Counted from the stretch's first letter, positions 38,211-48,079 are shown. The stretch: 64,000 nucleotides of DNA from an uncultured Rhodospirillaceae bacterium (GCA_964517415.1 CAZFCA010000004.1:18754-82753), one strand, 5' to 3'. Notes: a model not told the origin generated them from the sequence alone. Translations and numbers: made by a program.

Positions 38211-38672
38211 TTAGGTTCCGCTACGTCGGCGCGAATTTCCCAAATCGGGGCGGGGGTGCTTGAAGTCGCCGATCAATTCGCGCAGAAGGGTGTTTTTCTG
38301 GCCAAAGGTGGGGGTTTCGCGATCCACGGGCGAGGCGTCGGCTGCTTGCGTGAGGTCGAGTTTTTTTATATCCGCGACAATACCTTTATCGTCGAAATCG
38401 ATTTCGATCACTTGCTGCTTGATAACGTCGGGCGAAAAGAAAGAGTACTGTTCGGTTTGACGCCCTGCGTAATACCAAATCCTTTCGTCGAACGTGCTGA
38501 TCAGGGTTGGTGAGCCAATCTTTGCGATCACCTCTTCGCGCGACGTCTCTCCGGATTTGAGTTGTTCAATCATTTCGGGCTCGAGCAGATTGCCGCGATT
38601 GGATACCGTCGGCGCGCACGAAGCGGCCATCGACAACGAGGCAAAGAGAAAGAAAACGGGCGATTTTTTCAT
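38211..38672 (-). CDS. bamE: Outer-membrane lipoprotein BamE (SmpA/OmlA)
   Basis: Lipobox MAASC and the BamE-like core (GETSREEVIAKIGSPTLISTFDERIWYY). Confidence 0.8.
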   Translation of the reverse strand: MKKSPVFFLFASLSMAASCAPTVSNRGNLLEPEMIEQLKSGETSREEVIAKIGSPTLISTFDERIWYYAGRQTEQYSFFSPDVIKQQVIEIDFDDKGIVADIKKLDLTQAADASPVDRETPTFGQKNTLLRELIGDFKHPRPDLGNSRRRSGT

Positions 38673-38762
38673 AGGAAAAGGGAAAAAGAGTCTGTAACTT
38701 TACAGTATAATACCGTCATAAAAGCCTTGCCTGGTCAAGTCTTGAATAAATGGAATAATAAA

Positions 38763-39323
38763 ATGTCCCCGAAAGAAACGGAATTTTCGCGTTTAATCAC
38801 CCTTAGCCGCATACCGCCAAAAGGAACCGAAGAGCGTCTGGAGGCAAGCGATGCGGAGCGCAAGGCTTTGGCGAAGCGATTTAATTTGATGGATTTGTCG
38901 GTTCTTCGCGCGCGCGTGGCGTTGCGCCCTAGCGAAGATCACACGTTCGTCGCCGAAGGAACGATAGAGGCCGAGGTCGTCCAATGCTGCGTCGCCACGC
39001 TTGAGCCATTGACAACCCGGCTTTGTTTGCATGTTTGCGTAGTTTTTATTCCGGAATCCAGCCGCTCGGTTGCGGAGGCGCTTTCTTCCGACGAGCTGGA
39101 GAACGAGTATGAATTCTATCGAAGCGGGAAGATCGATTTGGGCGAAATGGTCGCCCAGCAACTGGGGGTAAATACCGACCTTTATCCGCGGAAAGAGGGA
39201 ACGCCACTTGTGGAGGCTGAATTTGGCGCGAAAAACGCTGCGCTCAACCCTTTTGCCAGACTGTCGGATGCCGCCCAAAACATAAAAAAAGCCAAGCAAA
39301 ACAAAGGGAAAAAGAAGAGCTGA
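38763..39323 (+). CDS. yceD: YceD/DUF177 family protein
   Basis: Conserved position upstream of rpmF-plsX-fabH. It has the acidic DUF177 pattern and a basic C-terminal tail. I chose the start at MSPKETEF. Confidence 0.7.
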   Translation: MSPKETEFSRLITLSRIPPKGTEERLEASDAERKALAKRFNLMDLSVLRARVALRPSEDHTFVAEGTIEAEVVQCCVATLEPLTTRLCLHVCVVFIPESSRSVAEALSSDELENEYEFYRSGKIDLGEMVAQQLGVNTDLYPRKEGTPLVEAEFGAKNAALNPFARLSDAAQNIKKAKQNKGKKKS

Positions 39324-39450
39324 AAGGGAAATTTTGTTTGCAGCTTGCATCGCGCGCCGAAAGGCACTAAGAAAGGCGCATCGCGCGACTCCGAGCCTTG
39401 CGTCAGGAGCGCGCTTTCTTATTCGTTATTCAGTTCTGTGAGATAAGGCC

Positions 39451-39636
39451 ATGGCCGTACCTAAACGTAAAACATCCAAGTCCGTGCGCAATATGCGTCG
39501 TTCGCATCATGCCTTGTCGGCCGTTCAATCGGTCGAATGCCCCAACTGCGGCGAACCGAAGCTGCCGCATCGCCTTTGTTCCGCTTGCGGTCATTACAAG
39601 AGCCGCGCCGTTGTCAAATCCAACAAAACGGCTTGA
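39451..39636 (+). CDS. rpmF: 50S ribosomal protein L32
   Basis: [19 protein letters not shown] followed by CPNCGE...CSACG. Confidence 0.95.
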   Translation: MAVPKRKTSKSVRNMRRSHHALSAVQSVECPNCGEPKLPHRLCSACGHYKSRAVVKSNKTA

Positions 39637-39727
39637 TCTTAGTCGTGTGGACGAGATGGCTGTTGAGGTCTCGCGCACCCGCGGCCAGAAGGCTTTGTCC
39701 GTCGACGATCTGTGAGGTCTAAAGCAC

Positions 39728-40795
39728 ATGATTTCTCCATTGACGAAGGACAGCGCGAACGTCATCGCTTTGGATGCGATGGGCGGCGATCATGCGCCCG
39801 CGTGCATCATTGCGGGCGCCGCTTTGGCGCGGAAACGCCATCCTGAAATCAGATTCATTTTTTTCGGCGATGAAACGCGGATTGCGCCTATGGCCGAAAA
39901 GCATGGGGAATTGAAGGGCTTTTATGAAATCCATCACGCGCCGGATATCGTCGCGCCGGACATGAAGCCTTCGCTGGCGTTGCGGCAGGGACGCCAATCG
40001 AGCATGCGCCTTGCGATCAACGCCGTTGCGGATGGAAAAGCCGGCAGCATCGTTTCCGCTGGAAATACCGGCGCTTTGATGGCGATGGCGAAATTCGTTT
40101 TCAAGACTTTGCCAGGGATAGACCGGCCCGCCATTGCGACGCTTATCCCGACGCAAAAGGGCGACACGGTGATGCTGGATTTGGGCGCGAATATCGAGTG
40201 CGATGCCGAAAATCTTGTGCAATTTGCTTTGATGGGCGCGATTTTCTGCCACACGATTTTGGGCAAGCGCGAGCCCACCATCGGCCTTCTGAACATCGGG
40301 ACGGAAGAGCTGAAAGGTCACGACGAAGTGCGCATCGCCGCCTCGATTTTGCGCGAGCGCCCCATTCCCGGCCGTTTGCATGGCTTTGTGGAAGGGAACG
40401 ACATAACCGCCGGAACGGTGGATGTGGTCGTGACGGACGGCTTCAGCGGCAATATCGCGCTGAAATCCATCGAGGGCACGGCGCGGCTGATTTCTTATTT
40501 TCTGCGCCAGACCTTTTCGTCCTCGATCTTCGCCAAGCTGGGCTATCTTTTGTGTCGAGGCGCGTTCCGGCGTTTGCGCAAAAGAGTCGATCCGCGCCGC
40601 TATAACGGCGCCATGTTCTTGGGCTTGCAGGGCGTGTGCGTGAAAAGCCACGGCTATGTGGACGCGGAAGGCTTTGCGAGCGCGATTGACGTTGCGCATG
40701 AGCTGGTTTCGCACGGCTTTAACGAGCGCATCGCATCCGAACTGGCCGCCGAATACGGGCTGAGCAATTCGGGAGAGGCGGAGGGCGAAGCATGA
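39728..40795 (+). CDS. plsX: Phosphate acyltransferase PlsX
   Basis: 355 aa with ALDAMGGDHAP, the GNTGALMA motif and GFSGNIALK. Confidence 0.93.
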   Translation: MISPLTKDSANVIALDAMGGDHAPACIIAGAALARKRHPEIRFIFFGDETRIAPMAEKHGELKGFYEIHHAPDIVAPDMKPSLALRQGRQSSMRLAINAVADGKAGSIVSAGNTGALMAMAKFVFKTLPGIDRPAIATLIPTQKGDTVMLDLGANIECDAENLVQFALMGAIFCHTILGKREPTIGLLNIGTEELKGHDEVRIAASILRERPIPGRLHGFVEGNDITAGTVDVVVTDGFSGNIALKSIEGTARLISYFLRQTFSSSIFAKLGYLLCRGAFRRLRKRVDPRRYNGAMFLGLQGVCVKSHGYVDAEGFASAIDVAHELVSHGFNERIASELAAEYGLSNSGEAEGEA

Positions 40796-41748
40796 TCCGC
40801 TCCGTTATTCTGGGCTGCGGCTCTTATTTGCCGGCGTCATGCGTGACGAACGACGAGCTGATTAAGAAATATAATCTCGATAGTTCGGATGAGTGGATTC
40901 AACGGCGCACAGGCATCAAGGAACGCCATTTCGCCGCGGCGGACGAGGATACCTCCGATATGGCGACCGTCGCCGCGCGCGCGGCTTTGGCGGATTCAAA
41001 GCTGGACATCAAGGATATTGATATCATCGTCATGGCGACGACCTCGCCCGACGATACGCTGCCTGCGTCCGCCGTTCGGGTGCAGGCGAATTTGGGCATG
41101 GCGCACGGCTGCGCTTTCGATGTGCAGGCTGTATGTTCGGGTTTTATATACGCGCTGACGGTGGCGGATAATTTCATCCGTTTGGGGCAGGCGCGGCGCG
41201 CGCTTGTGATCGGCGCGGAGAAATTGTCGAAGCTGATCGATTGGACGGATCGCGGCACGTGCCTTCTGTTCGGCGACGGCGCGGGCGCGGTTGTGCTTGG
41301 CGCAGCCGAAGGCAAGGGAACGAACGACGATCAAGGCATTCTGGCGACGGCGCTGCATTCCGACGGGCGGCAGTATCATTTGCTGCAAACGAACGAAAAA
41401 GGCTTTATCCGCATGGAAGGGCAGGAAGTCTTTCGCCATGCGGTGAATAATTTGTCTTCCGTGGTCGACGAGGCGCTTCAAATCACGGGGTTGACCGCCG
41501 ACCATATCGACTGGCTTGTGCCGCATCAGGCCAATCAGCGCATTATCGAAAGCACCGGCAAGAAGCTGGGATTGCCGGACGAGCGCATCGTGACAACCAT
41601 CGCGGGGCACGCCAATACCTCCTCGGCCTCCATTCCTTTGGCTTTATGCGCGGCGGTACGCGACGGGCGCATAAGGCGCGGGCAGCTTCTTCTGCTCGAT
41701 ACCATGGGCGCCGGCTTTACCTGGGGCATGGCCGTCGTCAGGTGGTGA
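40792..41748 (+). CDS. fabH: 3-oxoacyl-ACP synthase III FabH
   Basis: Active-site Cys context (FDVQAVCSGFIYAL), plus HQANQRI and GHANTSSASIP. ATGA overlap with plsX. Confidence 0.93.
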   Translation: MIRSVILGCGSYLPASCVTNDELIKKYNLDSSDEWIQRRTGIKERHFAAADEDTSDMATVAARAALADSKLDIKDIDIIVMATTSPDDTLPASAVRVQANLGMAHGCAFDVQAVCSGFIYALTVADNFIRLGQARRALVIGAEKLSKLIDWTDRGTCLLFGDGAGAVVLGAAEGKGTNDDQGILATALHSDGRQYHLLQTNEKGFIRMEGQEVFRHAVNNLSSVVDEALQITGLTADHIDWLVPHQANQRIIESTGKKLGLPDERIVTTIAGHANTSSASIPLALCAAVRDGRIRRGQLLLLDTMGAGFTWGMAVVRW

Positions 41749-41842
41749 CGCGCCCGTTAATTATTAATTTTTATGTCTTTTGAAAATAATTAAATAGACG
41801 TTTTTGTGGTATCATAGAGCCGAACCTTTATGTGGATTTTTT

Positions 41843-42556
41843 ATGCTGCCGCAATTCACAAATCCCGATTACGCGCATCCGAAAAAATATCTTCGGCAGG
41901 ATGCGCAAACTGAAATAACGCCTTTCATTCAGGAAATCGCCCAAACGATTGGCGACGAGAAAAGCGTTCAAACACTCGCGGATATCTGCGCGGCCATTCA
42001 TCGATTGGCGCCCTATAAAAGGCCGCCCAAAGCGCCTCTATTTGTGACGGCTGCGGATGAAATTTTTAAAAGGGGTTATGCGACAGGATGCACAAACTAC
42101 GCCATAACCTTTGCGACCTTGGCGCGCGCCAAAGACATTCCGGCGATTGTCGTCGACAGCGCCCATATGGATTGGGTCGAAAACGGCGCATCGCTAGAAT
42201 TCGTAAGCGGCCATTTTTTCTGTGAAGTGTTCTTAAAGAATAAATGGCGTTTGATCGATCTAACTTCTTGCGTTTATTATCCGGACTATAATCCGGACAA
42301 TCCATGCTTGCCGGGGCGCTACTATGCCTTTGCTAAAGGGCTTTCGGTGATCGATGTGGGCATCCCGAATGATGCGGCGCATAACCCCGCGCAACAGTCC
42401 GCGTTTTTAAACCGGAAAATTGATTATCAGGATCCCAAATACGATGTCTTCGATCTTAGGGTCTTATTCAAGGCGGTTCCGCAGGAATCGCCGTCCAGAC
42501 CGGCCGAGGTTGGAAGCATAGGCAACTCTGTTTCTGAAAGACGTCACCGACCCTGA
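41843..42556 (+). CDS. Transglutaminase-like cysteine-protease-fold protein
   Basis: Cys-His-Asp pattern (GYATGCTNYAITF...GHFFCEVFLKNKWRLIDL). It is flanked by an AT-rich spacer. I chose the start at MLPQF. Confidence 0.5.
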   Translation: MLPQFTNPDYAHPKKYLRQDAQTEITPFIQEIAQTIGDEKSVQTLADICAAIHRLAPYKRPPKAPLFVTAADEIFKRGYATGCTNYAITFATLARAKDIPAIVVDSAHMDWVENGASLEFVSGHFFCEVFLKNKWRLIDLTSCVYYPDYNPDNPCLPGRYYAFAKGLSVIDVGIPNDAAHNPAQQSAFLNRKIDYQDPKYDVFDLRVLFKAVPQESPSRPAEVGSIGNSVSERRHRP

Positions 42557-42577
42557 TGGGGAGACGGTATGACTCAC

Positions 42578-43279
42578 TTAAGCATAGGTCAGGACATCAA
42601 GCTGCCTGATTGAAGTCCCTGCAGACTTTGTTTCCGGCGGATAAATGATATTGCGGCATCTGATCGGCCTGCGGCCGACATCCGGATAGGCTTTGCCGCC
42701 GTTTGACGCATAAAGCGTCGTCAGCGCGAGCTGCACGATTTCATCGCCTTCGTGAATGGCGCGTTTGCCTGTAAGAGAAAGAAATTGCACGCGCCCCTTT
42801 TCCTCATGAAGAAGGGAAAAATTATGGCGCCTTGGATACGTTCGCCAATCAAACGCGGGGAAAATAGTCTCATAGGTGCATACGGCGATGCCTCTGCGGA
42901 GGGAATCCGCCGCTTTATCTTTTATTTGAAGAAGAACCTCGGCGGCGCGGGGTTTAAAGGGCGGCGGCGTTTCGCGGGCAAGGGACACGTGTTGGATGTC
43001 GCATCTATGTGCGGTTATTAGGGTTGCGACCGCTCTCAGTCCCGCGTGCGAGATAAGGCCGCCTTGTGCATTCCAGCTGCCAATCACGGAGACGGGGCGG
43101 GGTTTCGCCCATAAATAGCTTTCGGAGGCGATATCGCGCTGGTCGAGGATATGCGCCAGCGTTTCGATGGGCAGACCGCTGTTGGGTTTGGGGATGATGG
43201 GATGATATAGCCTTGCCAACGCCACAAGCTTTTGCGGCGGCGTTGCGTGAACAGGGCAAAAGATATCGAAGGCGGGCAT
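42578..43279 (-). CDS. Hypothetical protein
   Basis: 233-aa ORF with no family that I recognise. Confidence 0.4.
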   Translation of the reverse strand: MPAFDIFCPVHATPPQKLVALARLYHPIIPKPNSGLPIETLAHILDQRDIASESYLWAKPRPVSVIGSWNAQGGLISHAGLRAVATLITAHRCDIQHVSLARETPPPFKPRAAEVLLQIKDKAADSLRRGIAVCTYETIFPAFDWRTYPRRHNFSLLHEEKGRVQFLSLTGKRAIHEGDEIVQLALTTLYASNGGKAYPDVGRRPIRCRNIIYPPETKSAGTSIRQLDVLTYA

Positions 43280-43390
43280 ATATTCGGAAATCAGTGGAAA
43301 GAAAGCGCAACTGCGTATGTAGTTTTAAGCGCGGGTTGACTTGCAAAGCATATTCGATACGCTGTTTCAAGGACATTACGGGGATTTGCC

Positions 43391-43939
43391 GTGCGCGTTC
43401 TTCATTTCGCAATTTTGTTTTCGCTTTCGATTCTTTTCTTTCAACCGGCTCATGGAGGGAACAACATGACGCTTAAAATCATATCGCCTGCTTTCAGCGA
43501 TCACGGCAAAATCCCTCAGCGCTACACCGGCGAGGGCATGGACATCTCGCCGCCGCTGGTGTTTTCGAACGTGCCCAGCGCCGCGCGGAGCCTTGCGCTG
43601 ATCGTCGACGATCCCGACGCGCCGGATCCCGCCGCGCCGAAAAAGGTTTTTGTTCATTGGGTGGTTTTCGATATGCCGCCGACCACGGAGGGTTTGCCAG
43701 AAGGCACGCGGAATTTGCCGAAAGGCGCAAAAGAGGGGACGAACGATTTTCGGCGCACGACTTACGGCGGGCCCATGCCGCCTATCGGCCGGCATCGCTA
43801 TTTTTTCAAGCTCTTTGCGCTGGACAAGCGGCTCCTTCTTTCCGACGCGCCGACGAAAGCCGAGGTGGAAAAAGAGATGCAAGGGCATATTGTGGCGCAG
43901 GCGGTTTTAATGGGAACCTACGAGCTGAAAAATAAATAG
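43391..43939 (+). CDS. YbhB/YbcL-family PEBP (Raf kinase inhibitor-like) protein, exported
   Basis: Signal peptide, plus DDPDAP, HWVVFDMP and GRHRYFFKLFALD. Confidence 0.85.
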   Translation: MRVLHFAILFSLSILFFQPAHGGNNMTLKIISPAFSDHGKIPQRYTGEGMDISPPLVFSNVPSAARSLALIVDDPDAPDPAAPKKVFVHWVVFDMPPTTEGLPEGTRNLPKGAKEGTNDFRRTTYGGPMPPIGRHRYFFKLFALDKRLLLSDAPTKAEVEKEMQGHIVAQAVLMGTYELKNK

Positions 43940-43946
43940 GGACCTT

Positions 43947-44486
43947 ATGTCCAAGAAGAATTTCCAAGACGAAAATGCGAAATTGGCAGCTGCAGTCTTG
44001 CGCCTTGCGGCGGCAAAGGGCTGGGCGCGCGTTACGCCTGAGGCGGCTTTAAGAGAAGCGAAAGTGAAACGGCGCACGTTGACGAAAAAGGAGTTAGCGG
44101 CGGTCATTGTTGCGCAGATTTCGCGGCAGGCTTTGGCGCGGGCTTGCGCGTTTTCGGGCTCGCCGCATGACGTTCTCTTCGATTTGATGATGGCGCGTTT
44201 TGACGTTTTGCAGGAAAACCGCAAAGGCGTTCTGGCGGTGGCCTCGGCCGCGCGAAGGGACAAAGAGCTTGCGCTTTCATTGGCGCGGGCTGTTTTGAAA
44301 AGCATGGCGTCTATGGCATCGGCCGCGCGGCAAGCGGGGGTTGGCGTTCCGAAGCCTTTATTAACGGCGGGGCTTTCCGCGCTTTACGCCTATGCGTTTT
44401 GGGTTTGGCGGCGCGATGAAAGCCGCGACATGGCCGCGACAATGGCGGCGGTGGACAGGGTGATTCAGAAGGCGGAAGGAAGGTAA
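43947..44486 (+). CDS. Hypothetical helical protein (TetR-C/COQ9-like pattern)
   Basis: 179-aa all-helical protein. The resemblance to small alphaproteobacterial TetR-like/COQ9-like proteins is loose and not verified. Confidence 0.35.
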   Translation: MSKKNFQDENAKLAAAVLRLAAAKGWARVTPEAALREAKVKRRTLTKKELAAVIVAQISRQALARACAFSGSPHDVLFDLMMARFDVLQENRKGVLAVASAARRDKELALSLARAVLKSMASMASAARQAGVGVPKPLLTAGLSALYAYAFWVWRRDESRDMAATMAAVDRVIQKAEGR

Positions 44487-44538
44487 CAGGTATCAGAAAG
44501 AAAAAATCTGTTTCTTATTCCCTGCCTTCTGCCCTCGT

Positions 44539-45273
44539 TCATACATTCGTTTTAACGCGGGAGAGGGTGAGGATATGGACGCGCAATGCGCCCGATTTTA
44601 GCAGAGCGCGAGCGCATTCTTCGACTGTCGCGCCCGTTGTCATCACGTCGTCGATAAGCGTTATTGTTTTTCCGGCCACTAATGCTTTGTCTCTTTTTCG
44701 CAGGGCAAATGCGCCGCGCACGTTTTCGCGTCGTTCTTTTCTTTTCATGTGTCCTTGGCTTTCGGTATCGCGGATGCGGCGAAGCGTTTGCAGCAAGACG
44801 GGTTTGCCGGTTAATTTTCCGATTTCCAGCGCGAGCAGGGCCGATTGATTATAGCGTCTTTGGAACAGACGGCGCGGATGCAAGGGCACAGGCACAAGTG
44901 CATCGGATTCCGCAAGCGCTGCGCTGCCCGCGCGGTGCATCCACGCGGCGAGCGCGGGGGCCGCGTAAGTCCGGTCGTTTTTGAAGCCAATGACCAGTTT
45001 GCGGCTGTCTTCGTCATACAACATGGCGGCGCGGGCAGTTTCATAAGGCGGTTCTTCGGCAAGGCAAACCCCGCAAAGCGTTCCTTCCGAGACAGGAAAA
45101 TCGAAAGGCATGCCGCATCGCGCGCAAAAGGGCGAGGCGATGAATTTGATCTTTTTCCAGCAATCGGGGCAAAGCGTGGAAGCGCTTCCTACCGGCTCAG
45201 CGCACATCAAGCAAAGCGGGGGGAGGAGGAAATTGAGAATGCTGTTTTTCAGATTTTTTAAGGCAGGGGACAT
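44539..45273 (-). CDS. ComF-family phosphoribosyltransferase-like protein
   Basis: N-terminal double CxxC (CLMC...CPDCW...CARCG...CGVC) and a C-terminal PRTase loop (ITLIDDVMTTGATV). I chose the start at MSPALKNL. Confidence 0.75.
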   Translation of the reverse strand: MSPALKNLKNSILNFLLPPLCLMCAEPVGSASTLCPDCWKKIKFIASPFCARCGMPFDFPVSEGTLCGVCLAEEPPYETARAAMLYDEDSRKLVIGFKNDRTYAAPALAAWMHRAGSAALAESDALVPVPLHPRRLFQRRYNQSALLALEIGKLTGKPVLLQTLRRIRDTESQGHMKRKERRENVRGAFALRKRDKALVAGKTITLIDDVMTTGATVEECARALLKSGALRVHILTLSRVKTNV

Positions 45274-45379
45274 GGTTTCATCAACATTAGCAAAAAACCA
45301 ATAACACCGAATGGTTAACGCCAATAGGGGGTATGGAAAAGCCTTATTAATCGGGAAACAGTGCTTTGGGGCAATTTTC

Positions 45380-45409
45380 TTGACTCTCTAAGCCGTTACC
45401 ACCTATAAA
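45380..45409 (+). promoter_or_regulatory. Candidate sigma70-type promoter for rpmB
   Basis: TTGACT, 18-nt spacer, TATAAA, about 80 nt upstream of the rpmB ATG. Confidence 0.35.
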
Positions 45410-45488
45410 ACCGCGCTTATCCCTGCGCCGCTTTGGTTGGCGCGAATGATTAACAGGAACGAAGGGCGGGGCAATCCCGCAAAGACTT

Positions 45489-45782
45489 ATGGCCCGTGTA
45501 TGTAACGTCAGCGGCAAGAAGCCGCATTTCGGCAATAGCGTCAGTCACGCAAACAACAAAACGCGCCGTCGCTGGCAGCCCAATCTTCAGGTCGTATCGT
45601 TTCCCTCGGAACTCTTAGGGAAATCGGTTTCCTTGCGCCTGACGGCCAACGGGATCCGGACTGTCGAGCATAACGGCGGAATCGACGCTTGGCTTCTCGG
45701 GACGCGCAACAGCCGTTTGGGCGAGACCGCGCTTAAGCTAAAAAAGCAGGTTTTGAAAGCCAAGGAACGCGCCGCGAAGTAA
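45489..45782 (+). CDS. rpmB: 50S ribosomal protein L28
   Basis: [34 protein letters not shown]. Confidence 0.95.
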   Translation: MARVCNVSGKKPHFGNSVSHANNKTRRRWQPNLQVVSFPSELLGKSVSLRLTANGIRTVEHNGGIDAWLLGTRNSRLGETALKLKKQVLKAKERAAK

Positions 45783-45821
45783 TCGCTTCTTCCTTTTTGC
45801 CTTCGACCCGCTCCTTGTCTT

Positions 45822-46682
45822 ATGCCATCCTTTGCCGCTTCCCTTCTTTCAAGAGCCATTGACGATTTGATCGTCTGGATTTCCGCTTGGGAACGGCGGG
45901 CGATTTTCGACCGCCAAGGCTATGCCGCGCGGACGGAATATCCCCCGTTGCCTTCAAGTTTTGCGGAATGGCGCAAAGAAGCGGAAAAAATCTTGCCCGA
46001 TATGCCGCAGATCGAGCGCCTTGTGGGGTATTACGAACAGTTGAACAGGCTTGCGCCTTTGGCCATTTGGAAAACCGCCGAAAACAAGCCCATCTCGGCC
46101 GGCGATTTCGACGCCGTGACCATGAATTTTCAGGCTCTTGTGAAGGAGCTTCGCAATCTGGAACGAACGCTTTCGCAGTCGCGCGCGGCGCCTACGCCTT
46201 CAGGTCTGCGTCCCGTGGGGGGCATGCGCGACGATTTGACGCGCGAGCTGAGCCGCTTTCAGCGGTCGGGAAAGCCTTTTTGCATCGCCATGATGTCGAT
46301 TGACGCGATGGATCATGTCAAAAAAGCGCACGGCTCCTCGAACGTAGAACGGATCTTGTCTTTCGTCGGCAATTATATCCGGTGCTGCCTAAGGCCGTTC
46401 GACGACGCCTGGCCGTGGGGCGAAGAGGAAATTTTACTGTGTCTGAAGGACGCCGACATTCGCGGCGGCAATCGCGCTTTGCAGCGCGTGCGCGACGGCT
46501 TGCAGAGGCTGCCTATTTCCCTGACGAACGGCAAGGAGATCAATATCTCCGCCTCGTTCGGGATCGCTTCATCGTTGAAAGACGTGACGATTGACGATTT
46601 ACTGCTGAAAGCCGGAAGGGCTTTGACGCGCGCAAAGTCGGGCGGCAGCGGGCGCATTGAATCGGCGATGCTGTTCGAGTAG
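45822..46682 (+). CDS. GGDEF-domain protein with a degenerate active site (WGEEE)
   Basis: GGDEF fold pattern (RDDLTREL...CIAMMSIDAMDHVKKAHG...ISASFGIAS). The signature reads PWGEEEI instead of GG(D/E)EF, and an RPFD motif lies just upstream. Confidence 0.65.
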   Translation: MPSFAASLLSRAIDDLIVWISAWERRAIFDRQGYAARTEYPPLPSSFAEWRKEAEKILPDMPQIERLVGYYEQLNRLAPLAIWKTAENKPISAGDFDAVTMNFQALVKELRNLERTLSQSRAAPTPSGLRPVGGMRDDLTRELSRFQRSGKPFCIAMMSIDAMDHVKKAHGSSNVERILSFVGNYIRCCLRPFDDAWPWGEEEILLCLKDADIRGGNRALQRVRDGLQRLPISLTNGKEINISASFGIASSLKDVTIDDLLLKAGRALTRAKSGGSGRIESAMLFE

Positions 46683-46762
46683 GGATTCGGGATTCAGCAT
46701 TCGGGACGGGGTTCTGAAATGACAATGTCCAGCTTTCTTCCCGAATCCAGAATCCCGAATCC
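46682..46762. repeat. GGATTCGGGATT-family inverted repeat (locus B1) between convergent genes
   Basis: Left arm GGGATTCGGGATTCAGCATTCGGGA and right arm TCCCGAATCCAGAATCCCGAATCC, about 24 bp each with about 32 nt between them. Confidence 0.7.
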
Positions 46763-46769
46763 AACTTTC

Positions 46770-47498
46770 TCAGGCTTTGCTGGCGGAGGCGCCGTAGCGG
46801 CGGTCGCGGCGCGCGAATTCGGCCAGAGCTTGCTCCATGTGCTCAGCCGCAAAATCCGGCCACAGCACATCGAGGAAAATATATTCGGCGTAGGCGCATT
46901 GCCAAAGAAGGAAGTTCGAGATGCGCTTTTCCCCGCTCGTGCGGATGACAAGATCAGGATCGGGCAAGCCCCCTGTGAAAAGGAACGACTGGAAAACATG
47001 CTCGTCGATAGCATCCGGCTTAAGCTGGCCGCGCTCGACTGCTGCCGCGAGGCCTCGCGCCGCTGCGGTTATTTCTTGTCGGCCGCCGTAATTTAAAGCC
47101 AAAGTGAGAACGAGTTTGTCGTTATTCTTCGTCAATTCCTCAGCATGCGCGATCTGCTTCACGATATCGGCGGGGAGTTGTTTCCTTTCGCCGATGACAT
47201 GCACGCGGATGCCTTCCTTGTGCAGAGAGGCCAACTCGCTGCGCAGATAGAAGCGCAACAGCTTCATCAGCTCGCCTACCTCATCTTCGGGGCGGCGCCA
47301 GTTCTCGGAAGAAAAGCTGTAAAGCGTCAGATGGCCGATTTTATGCTTGCCTGCCGCTTCGACGGCGCGGCGCACGGCTTCGATTCCCGCGCGGTGTCCG
47401 AAGGTTCGCGGTTTGCCGCGCGCCTTGGCCCAACGACCGTTGCCGTCCATGATAATGGCGACGTGAAGGAGTGTTGTTTTTTCCGCCGTTTTGGTCAT
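46770..47498 (-). CDS. uppS: Undecaprenyl diphosphate synthase
   Basis: HVAIIMDGNGRWA, plus the ENWRRP and RTSGEKRISNFLLWQ motifs. Confidence 0.93.
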   Translation of the reverse strand: MTKTAEKTTLLHVAIIMDGNGRWAKARGKPRTFGHRAGIEAVRRAVEAAGKHKIGHLTLYSFSSENWRRPEDEVGELMKLLRFYLRSELASLHKEGIRVHVIGERKQLPADIVKQIAHAEELTKNNDKLVLTLALNYGGRQEITAAARGLAAAVERGQLKPDAIDEHVFQSFLFTGGLPDPDLVIRTSGEKRISNFLLWQCAYAEYIFLDVLWPDFAAEHMEQALAEFARRDRRYGASASKA

Positions 47499-47824
47499 GG
47501 AAATGCTTTACCGTATGTGTTGCATGTGTAAAAGGCATTTTTTCAGCGCTAATTAAGCGCGTTTGTGGGCTCTTTTCTCCATTTCCTTGATATGATGATT
47601 TTAGAAAATTGCTGAGAGAAAGGTTTAGCAACGAAAGACGAATTGAGCCCCATGTAATTGAAAGGCGATTGGGCTTTGTTTTTTTTTAATAATATTTTAG
47701 CCTTGAAGGCAGCGCCTGCGGCGGCCGGCTTTTTCCATAATGCCAGCGAAAAGACTGAAAATTATAGTATCTCATTCTACTGGTTTTTCGCGATGATTTT
47801 GTATACAAAAGGGCTTCTAAATAA

Positions 47825-48079
47825 ATGGCCGATTTGCCAGCTTCGCTTTTGGGAGAGATAAAAGACATGAGAGTTAACAAAAACGCTTTAGTCTCGGGAG
47901 TTGCCGGTGGCGCTGCTGTTGGCCTTGCCATGCAGGTTGGCGAATCCTCGGTATTGGTAAGTTTTATGGCATCTGCGCTGCAAGTCACATCGCCTATCGC
48001 CAACTTTGCTATCGGCGCAGGAACGCTCGCTGCCCTCAGCATCGCTGGATATGCGGTTTTGCGCCAACCTATACCTTAG
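47825..48079 (+). CDS. Hypothetical small membrane protein (an alternative start at 47867 is likely)
   Basis: Gly/Ala-rich hydrophobic ORF. GGGAGAG lies upstream of the ATG at 47867. The 3' end overlaps the convergent frr by 11 nt. Support is weak. Confidence 0.3.
   Translation: MADLPASLLGEIKDMRVNKNALVSGVAGGAAVGLAMQVGESSVLVSFMASALQVTSPIANFAIGAGTLAALSIAGYAVLRQPIP

Noticed and set aside
41749-43300. A small horizontally acquired pocket (transglutaminase-like plus unknown gene) after fabH
   Set aside because: The flanking spacer is AT-rich, but I cannot compute composition. No mobility genes or repeats bound the region, so the evidence is insufficient.
47600-47692. Candidate sRNA/terminator: a weak hairpin (AGCCC...GGGCT) followed by a T9 run in the uppS upstream spacer
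   Set aside because: The stem is only about 5 bp with a loop of about 20 nt. No convincing promoter was found, and the T-run may simply be AT-rich spacer.
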